Shown here piece by piece: positions 12,301 through 22,311 of a stretch of 64,000 nt of DNA. A program made the translations under genes and the position numbers. The stretch is from Eledone cirrhosa (lineage: Eukaryota): NCBI GenBank assembly GCA_964016885.1, contig OZ024748.1, forward strand, positions 40,548,001 through 40,612,000, given 5' to 3'. The notes beneath the pieces are model-generated. The model was not told the origin of the DNA and searched no databases. It saw only the letters and a list, made by a program, of their open reading frames with translations. The first letter of the stretch is position 1, and each line of letters opens with the position of its first letter.

Positions 12301-15143
12301 CAAGATAGGGAAATACGTATATTTAGCATGCTTACATGTCTATCTTCTTCTTCGCCCACTTATTTCTGAGAGGGTCGTGGGGGCAGAGTCCTCAAACACT
12401 CCCTCCAGCAGATCATGCCAGAAGCTGATCCGGCTGGATCACCAAGCATGACCAGCTGAGTTCATGGATGTTATCCAATCATCTTGCTCGAGGTTTACCC
12501 CTGGGTCTCCTACCTGTTGGTTTTGCCAGTAAAATCTGTCCAGCGATTCTTTCCCAAGACATTCTAACCACATGACCGTAGTATCGGAGATGTGATCTCT
12601 TAATGTCTATATACAAATTGTGTTATTTTACATATACATTTACACAGTATTTATTATCTCTATACTGTATCATCATCATCATCATCATCATTATAATCAC
12701 TGTTTAATGTCCATTTTTCTATGCTAACATGGGTTAGACAAATTGTCCCATTGTGAGACAAGTCAAATCAGATGACTGTGTCTTGCTCATCTAGAACTGT
12801 TTCTTATTTGGTTTCTACAGCTTGATGGCCTTTCTAACACCAACCACTTTACAGTGTGGACTGGAGGCTTTTTACCAACATGACCACTTTACAGTGTGGA
12901 CTGGGGGCTTTTTATTGTGGCACCAACACGACCACTTTACAGTGTGGACTGGGGGCTTTTTATTGTGGCACCAAAGTTGATCACTTTACAGTGTGGACTG
13001 GGGGCTTTTTATTGTGGCACCAATATGACCATTTTACAGTGTGGACTGGGGGCTTTTTATTGTGGCACCAACACGACCACTTTACAGTGTGGACTGGGGG
13101 CTTTTTATTGTGGCACCAAAGTTGATCACTTTACAGTGTGGACTGGGGGCTTTTTATTGTGGCACCAATATGACCATTTTACAGTGTGGACTGGGGGCTT
13201 TTTATTGTGGCACCAACATGACCACTTTACAGTGTGGACTGGGGTCTTTTTATTGTGGCACCAAAGTTGATCACTTTACAGTGTGGACTGGGGGCTTTTT
13301 ATTGTGGCACCAATATGACCATTTTACAGTGTGGACTGGGGGCTTTTTATTGTGGCACCAACATGACCACTTTACAGTGTGGACTGGGTACATTTTATTG
13401 TGACATCAACATGACCACTTTACAGTGTGGACTGGGTACATTTTATTATGACACCAACACGACCACTTTACAGTGTGGACTGGGGGTTATTATTGTGGCA
13501 CCAACATGACCACTTTACAGTGTGGACTGGGAGCTTTTTATTGTGGGACCAACACGACGACTTTACAGTGTGGACTGGGTACTTTTTATTGTGACACCAA
13601 AATGACCACTTTACAGTGTGGACTGGGTACTTTTTATTGTGGCACCAACATGACCACTTTACAGTGTGGACTGGGGGCTTTTTATTGTGGCATCAACATG
13701 ACCACTTTACAGTGTGGACTGGGGCTCATTATTGTGGAACCAACATGACCACTTTACAGTATGGACTGGGGGCTTTTTATTGTGGCACCAACATGACCAC
13801 TTTACAGTGTGGACTGGAGGATTTTTATTGTGACACCAACATGACCACTTTACATTGTGAACTGGCGGCTTTTTATTGTGGCACCAGCATAACCAGTTTA
13901 CAGTATGAACTGGCGGATTTTTATTGTGGCACCAGCACGACCACTTTACAGTGTGGACTGGGTACTTATTATTGTGGCACCAACATGACTACTTTACAGT
14001 GTCTACGGTGTGCTGGAGTTGCTACAACTGGAGAGGTTGGTCTAGGGGGGGGGGACTATATATAAATATATTGTCGATTGACCAAGTTTTTTTTATTTCA
14101 GGGGCAAAGGGAAATGTTTGCAGGAAGAAAATATTTTCTTCAACGTAACTAAAGTAAAAACAACCACAGTTGTAAATACTTTCGGAAATGGTTTACTACC
14201 TGGTAAGTGTGTGTGTATGGGGGCGGAGTATGTGTGTGTGAGAGAGTGTGGGTGGGAGAAAGTGAGTGTGTGTGTGAGAGGGAATGAGTGTGTGTGTGTG
14301 TGTGTGAGTATGTATGTGTGTGTGTGTGTCAAACCGGTCATAACTGGCTGCTCATACTGATGTTAACATATTGTTCTCAAAATAAATATCAAAATCTCTA
14401 GATTCAATATTATGTGAGATAAAGCCTTTTTATGTGAAAATACAGTAGTAAATTTAGAGTAATGTGAATGCTAAAGGGTTAAAGCCCCAGCTGAGTTCAC
14501 TGGAGCAGCATGAAATGAAATGTTATGTTCAAGAACTCGACACAACCCACCCAGGAATCGAACCCATGACATTATGATTGTAAATTCAACACCCTTACCA
14601 TTAGGCCATACACCTCTACTAGTCAAATACTGGGGTGAAATTAATCTCCTTCCATATTGCTGGCCTTGTGTCTAATTTAAAAACCCTTAATCTATTCACA
14701 GCATCATATACAACCCCAGATGATTACTGCCGAATGATGTACGGAAGAGGCTTCACTTCTGTCGATTTGTATCCAAAACAAGTGAGTATATTTTACAACA
14801 GTCCAACTCTTAAATATTCTTTTCATTTATTTTCCTCACAAACATTTCATAGTTCTGAAAAGGACGGAGAAAAAGTTCTCACATTTCCTCCCGTTTCTTT
14901 CTACACAGAATAATATAAAAGGTTTCTTTTATATGTTTCACAGTTATTTAGATGTTCATCAGGAAAAAAATACCTTTATTCTCCCACTTATAAAGAAAAC
15001 TCACAGCAAATGGGACTTGTCCTCACATGAACAGGGTTAGACGAGCTGTCCCATTGTGAGACGAGCCAGGTTGGAGGACCGTGTTTTGCTCACACAGAAA
15101 TGATTTTGGCTTGGTTTCTACAGCTTGATGCTCTTCTTAATGC

Positions 15144-15175
<32 letters not shown>

Positions 15176-18100
15176 GAAGTTGTATTTAATTTGTTGGAAT
15201 TCCGACAAACATAAATGTTTATAACTGATTTAGAGCGCTCAACAAGTTACTGGAGTAAATATTCAATGATATTAAATAATTGGAAACTATATTTATAAAA
15301 CCATATTTATTTTATTATATATATTTCAAGGGCAACCAAGCCAACCTTGGTGCGCTTTCATCAGATAAAATACAAAGTTTGTTTTATAAATAAAGACGTA
15401 CCCATGAAGATTCAACCTTATCGGTCGGAAATTCGCTGGATAGTCAATATATATATATATATATATATTCTCCACGTATATATATATACATATGTAGATA
15501 GATAGATAGATATCTTTCTTTATTTGCCACAGGGGCGTACAAAAATGGGACATTACAAGACGTGACGGCGGGGGTTTTACATAAAAATAACTTTAACATT
15601 AATAAATAACAATAAACTATATATAATCAGTTGTAGTGCACCTGAGCACTGTACACAATAATTTCATTATTATTATTTTTTTTAATAATAAAATAACAAT
15701 CGAAATCCCCAATAGGGGGGAAGATATATTACTGCAGGGTTGTTTTACACCCCGTGGATAGAACAACCCTCAACACCAGGAACACGTTTTGTAGGTGTTC
15801 CTGTCTTCCTTCTGTTTATCTTCCTCAACCTACAGGTTTATATACAGAGAAGGCCCATCCACTCGGGCCATTTTTGCCACATTCACCCACCTTTCAGCGA
15901 ATTTACTGGGGTATAGCACCTCTCTCCCCACTCTCACCTTCCTTCTGAAGTGATGCTTAAAGAAGGGGATAAGTTGTTGTCCGGAGAGAAAGGTGTTTGC
16001 CCTCAGTCCTTTTAACCTCGCCCGCCATATTACCTCTTTCGCCGTAGCCACCAAACAGAGGAAAACCGCCTCTTCTTCGTTCTTAAATGAAGGCGGCGGG
16101 GTGATCCTCACAATGGACTCGGCTGACAACTGGATGCATCCCACACGTGACAGCAGCTGTTTGACATAATTCCACAGGTCGGTCACCCCTGGGCACTGAA
16201 CAATTGCGTGCAGAACGGTTTCGATGTCCTGCTCGCATCTTGGACAGGTCCTTTTGGCGGGATCTTTGCCAGGGCGTCCGTGCCTGAAGATTTTGTCTCG
16301 AACTGGTAGAGCTCCTCGGTAGCACTGCCAGGCCAGAGACCTCTGGAAGTTATCCATAGGCCCTGGACGGAAAGTCCTCCCGAACAGACTGGTCAGTTCG
16401 TGCTCCTCGATGCCTAGAGTTTCCCCGAGAATGTCGTCGCACTTATCCTCCACTAATCCCCTATAGAATGTCGAAGTAGAGTCTCCACTGATTGCTGTTT
16501 TCACTGAGCGCGTGTTTGCGCATCATCAGCCACGGCATTCCCAGCCCTCCGTTAGAAGGGTGTTGACAGCAGATGGATCTCCTCACCAATGGAGCCTGTT
16601 TCTTTCAGAGGAACTTGAAGAGTAGGCGTTCTATTTTGGTAGATAGATAGATAGATAGATACATACATACATACACACACACATATATGTGTATATACAT
16701 ATACACACACATATATATATGTATATATACTTTCAGAAATGTGGAATAATTGCGTGTGCTTATCTGGAAAAAGGTAATAAACATGGACTTCTTAGAATCG
16801 GCACAGGTGGTATCGATGGTCTTCCTTGCGGTCAACAAATGGTAAGCAAAGTATTTCTGTCAATCAATTCTTATTTAACATCGATTTAAAAAAAAAAGAT
16901 TTTTTAGTGTTTAGTAAAATTGTAATGAGCCCTGCCTCTTGCAGTTCCCCATAAAAGTCTGTCTGAAGGCTCGTGAGGCCAGTGCTTCTCCCGGTTTCAT
17001 GGTGTGAAACGACTGAGAGTACAAGACTTCTTCCTGGACAAGATGCTAGTCCATTGCAGGGTTAAACGCCCAGTTATTACTGGTACTCATTTGCTGGGGC
17101 AATGTGAAATGAACTGTCTTGCTCAAGAATACAACACACAACCCAGCCCAGGAATCGAACCCATAACATTATGATCATAACTCTGTTTCCAAGTAACATA
17201 CACATTACTGAGCCCCACTGGTCACTTCCCTTCAGCCATAGCTATCTAGATGACCTCTTGACCCCCGCTGATCACTGACCTCTTGACCCCCACTGGTCAC
17301 TGACCTCTCGACCCCCCACTGGTCGCTGACCTCTCAACCCCCCACCACTGGTCACTGACCTCTCGACCTCTTCTGGTCACTTCTCTTCAGCCATAGCTAT
17401 CTAGATGACCTCTTGACCCCCCTCTGGTCAATGACCTCTCGACCCCCACTGGTCACTTCTCTTCAGCCATAGTTATCTAGATGACCCCTTAACACCCACT
17501 GGTCACTTCCCTTCAGCCATAGCTATCTAGATGACCTCTCGACCCCCACTGATCACTGACCTCTTGACCCCCACTGGTCACTGACCTCTCGATCCCCCCC
17601 ACTGGTCACTGACCTCTCGACCCCCTCCCCACTGGTCACTGACCTCTCGACTTCTTCTGGTCACTTCTCTTCAGCCATAGTTATCTAGATGACCCCTTGA
17701 CACCCACTGGTCACTTCCCTTCAACTATAGCTATCTAGATGACCACTCGACCTCCACTGATCACTTCAGCCATTGCTATCTAGATGACTCTCTTCCTCCT
17801 GTTTGCTCCCTTAATGTCCAGAGTTCCATAAACTTTTCAAACGGAACGAACCACAAACCCTCAGTTGCCAACCTCCACTGGCATGCACCTAATTCTCCCC
17901 CTCTTCCTGCAGTAGTCCTCCATCAACTTCTAGTACTTTCTTCTCTGTCCCTCCCATCGTCTCTTCCTAGGCAACATCTCCAGTAGAATATCTTCACAAT
18001 AAAGTTGAATGTACCAGATGTCATATAATGGACTCTAAAATTACATTTTAACAATTTAGGTTTGCCGTTCCAATATGCGTTGCGAGAGTTTGAATGAAAC

Positions 18101-21100
18101 TAATTTATGGGTACCATTACCAGTAATAACAGGGGGATGGAGTGCATGGAGTCCTTACTCAGCCTGTAATCAAATGTGTGGAACAGGTGTGAGATTGTCC
18201 ACACGGTACTGCAACAATCCTAAGTAAGTTATCTTATTCTTCTTTTTCTTTTTCTTCACCCACTTATTCCTGAGAGGGTTGTGGAGGCAGAGTCCTTAAA
18301 CAAACAGTCTCCAACTGATCCAGCTGGATCCCCAAGACAACTGTTATGGTTTGCTCTCTTTCCGACCCTCTTTGGGGGTCTCAGGATAAGTAAGTTAACA
18401 TGTTGTCATATGTCTAAAAGCTGGTCATGAGTCTTGGAGGCTCATCAGGCTGGTACTTATCTCGGTTTCTGTGGTGTTAAGTGACTGAAAGTACAGCACT
18501 TTCCCCTGGACAGCACGCCAGTCTATCACTGGATTAAACCCCCAGCTATTGCTGGTACTCATTTTCAGCTTAGTATACTGGAGCAACATGAAATGAGGTG
18601 TTTTGTTCAAGAACACAACACAAGGAATGTAACCCACAACACTATGATCATAAGTCCAACACCCTTACCACTAGGCTATGTGCTGTCATATTGTTGTATT
18701 AGTTTCTAAGTTAAAGCTGATAATTAGAGAATCATTTTCTCTCTTTTCCAGACCTTTTGGTACAGAATGGTGCAAAGGAAGCAGTGTACGAGCCAAGTTA
18801 TGTAATATCCACGTATGTATAATTATGTTTCCTTATAATTACACATTTAAGTCTTATGTCCCCTATACTGTTTTACAACAAAACATGTTAATAAAAGGGT
18901 TAATGACATATCGTAATGAAAGGGTTAAAAACTATTCTATAAAGTGTTGTAGTTTGCTTGAAGCATTGTTGAATAGGAAATATATGTTTAAATAATTTTG
19001 AATACCATACAATGCATTAGAAAATTAAAAGTGCCAAGACAACAATAGAATCTTACCTTAGCAAATTTGTTATTTTGGCACTTTTAATTTTCTAATACAT
19101 GGTTTTCAAAATTATTCAAATTTATATTCTACAAAGTTTGTCCCCTTTTTTTTACAGCCATGTAATAGAAGGGAGAGAAATGTTGCTGAAATCATCCGTC
19201 AACGTGCATCTGAGCATTGTGCCTTGTACGTCAGACATAATTATATTGATCCAAAGCAGTTTAATGGAACAGGAAAATCTCTTTCTGACATTTTTTCAGG
19301 TTAGTGTTAATACTGCTTTGATTTTAGTTCAGTTATACTGTACAGAGGGAGGCCATAATTAGATTGCTGCTGCTAACAAAGAAACACAATAAAGGTGAAG
19401 TAAGGACCGAAACTCTCACTTGAGATGGGGAGGGTTTCTTCTCTGAAGACCTTCTGCTGACCAGCTCACCTGAGAGTTTTACTTGAAGACCTTCTGCTGT
19501 CCAGCTCACCTGAAAGTTTTACTTGAAGACCTTCTGGTGACCAGCTCACCTGAAAGTTTTACTTGAAGACCTTCTGCTGACCAGCTCACCTGAAAGTTTT
19601 ACTTGAAGACCTTCTGGTGACCAGCTCACCTGAAAGTTTTACCTGAAGACCTTCTGCTGTCCAGCTCACCTGAAAGTTTTACTTGAAGACCTGCTGACCA
19701 GCTCACCTGAAAGTTTTACTTGAAGACCTTCTGCTGACCAGCTCACCTGAAAGTTTTACTTGAAGAGCTTCTGCTGACCAGCTCACCTGAGAGTTTTACC
19801 TGAAGACCTTCTGCTGTCCAGCTCACCTGAAAGTTTTACTTGAAGACCTGCTGACCAGCTCACCTGAAAGTTTTACTTGAAGACCTTCTGCTGACCAGCT
19901 CACCTGAAAGTTTTACTTGAAGAGCTTCTGCTGACCAGCTCACCTGAGAGTTTTACCTGAAGACCTTCTGTTGAACAGCTCACCCGAGAGTTTTACCTGA
20001 AGACCTTCTGTTGAACAGCTCACCTGAGAGTTTTACCTGAAGACCTTCTGTTGAACAGCTCACCTGACAGTTTTACCTGAAGACCTTCTGTTGAACAGCT
20101 CACCTGACAGTTTTGTACCACTGTTTTATTACAAACAGAGAATATTTTCACATTTAATATAATTATATAAACTCATATACCTGTAATTCAAAAAGCTAGT
20201 TTTGTCACAAACTACGTCATGCTGAATCTCCCTGAGAATTATGTTTAACCTGTTGATTGGCACGTGTATTTTACACAGCTGCAGTTACTGTGCTGGTTTT
20301 TTTTTTTCCAGTAAAATGAAATTATGAACTGCTGGAAACGAGTTATCAGTGGCACTGGAATGCCTACATGTTAGGACGAGTTATCTTGTCTATAGCACGG
20401 AAGAGGTTAAAGGTCAACATGTCTGTGGAATACTCAGCCATTTTCATGAGCCGGGTCATTGTGTTGATCAAACAACTGGAACTCTCTTCATTGAAACAGA
20501 CAGAAGTCCATTCCATCCCTGTATTTCTTTATCACAAACTATTATTTTAATTAAATCAACATCACAACTAATTATTTTATTTCTATATCTACCAGAACTT
20601 CGTTATTTTCTTAATTATCCTCATCAGTCAATTGGTGGCTTTGATGATCTGGGTCGCCATTTCAACGTCAGTCCCTCCGATTGTGCAGCTCTCTGCATCA
20701 GCAATGATAAATGTCATTCTTTTGAATATAAGAGGGAAAACAGGAAGTGTGATCTTTCAACCATAACAATTTCTAATCAAACCATCGGGGTACAACAACA
20801 CTGGGACCTCTACATGTTGCCGTCGACAGGTGAGGTATTACTTTACACTAATAATTGTTTCTACTTGTGGCACAAGGCCAGCAATTACCCAGTACATTAC
20901 TGGTACTTTATTTTATCGACCCCGTAAGAATGTAAGGCAAAGTTAACCTCGATGGGATTTGAACTCAGACCATAAAGGGACGTAACTATGCTAGAAAGCA
21001 TGACGTCCAACCCTCTACCGATATTGCCAATTCTCCGCCCTTTATTTTATTTTACACTAATAATTGTTTCTACTTTTGGCACAAGGCCAGCAATTACCCA

Positions 21101-22020
21101 ATACATTACTGGTACTTTATTTTATCGACCCCGTAAGGATGAAAGGCAAAGTTAACCTCGGCAGGATTTGAACTCAGATCAGAAAGGGGCGTAACTCTGT
21201 GCTACAAAGCATGTTGTCCGACCCTCTACCGATACTGCCAATCCACCAAATGGTTTCAAATTTAGAAAGAACTAGGCCAACAATTTTGTGAGAGAGAGGA
21301 GAATATTGATTAAATCAACCTCAGTATATGACTGGTATTCAGAGTTTAATGATTCTGAAAGGGTGAATTGTATTGTTGAGTCTCTTTAACTTTTCTTTCA
21401 TCCGATACCAGCAGTCACCTATACATACCAGTCTCTCCTCTCCACACCACCGATGTTGTCCAAGGGAAAGGTGATGGCTGATACAGCTTGGCACCAGTGA
21501 CATCACAACTCATTCCTATATTATATATACATTAAACCTGTGCTGTCCGTAATATATTTTTATGTAAACCCTTTGTGGTCAATAAAGAAAACCTCATTAT
21601 TATTATTGTAATTTCATTTATCTTGCTTCATGTTCATACGAGTTATCACCAAGTCACAACCAGTGACCTCAAGAGACAACAAGGTCCGCCATGTTCAAGA
21701 AAAACACACACATGTATCTTTAGGTGTTTAGACTTGTGATGTATTTATATTGACAGAATCTTCCTTAGTATATGGGCAGTTCCCATTAGTACTATCTTTT
21801 CTATTTTTTCTATACGTGCGTTTCCTGGGATTTGGGATAAGTAATCACGAGACCCCTTAGGTATCATTCCTAGAGCGCCTACAATAACTGGTATTGTTTT
21901 AGTTCTCAATTTCCACATTTTTACAATTTCTATCTCTAGGTCTTTATACTTGCTCAAATTTTCAAATGTTTTTATAAATACATTCTTGTCTATTGGAACA
22001 GTCATGTCAATTAGCAGGCA

Positions 22021-22086
<66 letters not shown>

Positions 22087-22255
22087 CACTACTACCACCA
22101 CTACTACTACTACCACTACTACCACCACCACCACTACTACCACCACCACCACTACTACTACTACCACCACCACCACCACTACCACCACTACTACTACCAC
22201 CACCACCACCACCACCACCACCACCACCACCACCACCACCACCACCACCACCACC

Positions 22256-22311
<56 letters not shown>

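Noticed and set aside
14550-14617. tRNA gene
   Set aside because: A and B boxes are present but continue into a SINE core found several times in the window; no intact cloverleaf.
18893-18930. Two AAAGGGTTAA motifs resembling the piggyBac MITE terminus
   Set aside because: Too short, and no internal MITE sequence is recognisable; at most TIR remnants.
19443-20114. Hammerhead-like CTGAAGA...GAAA in the 40-bp minisatellite
   Set aside because: Stem II cannot close next to the core, stems I and III are absent, and many copies read TTGAAGA or GAGAG.
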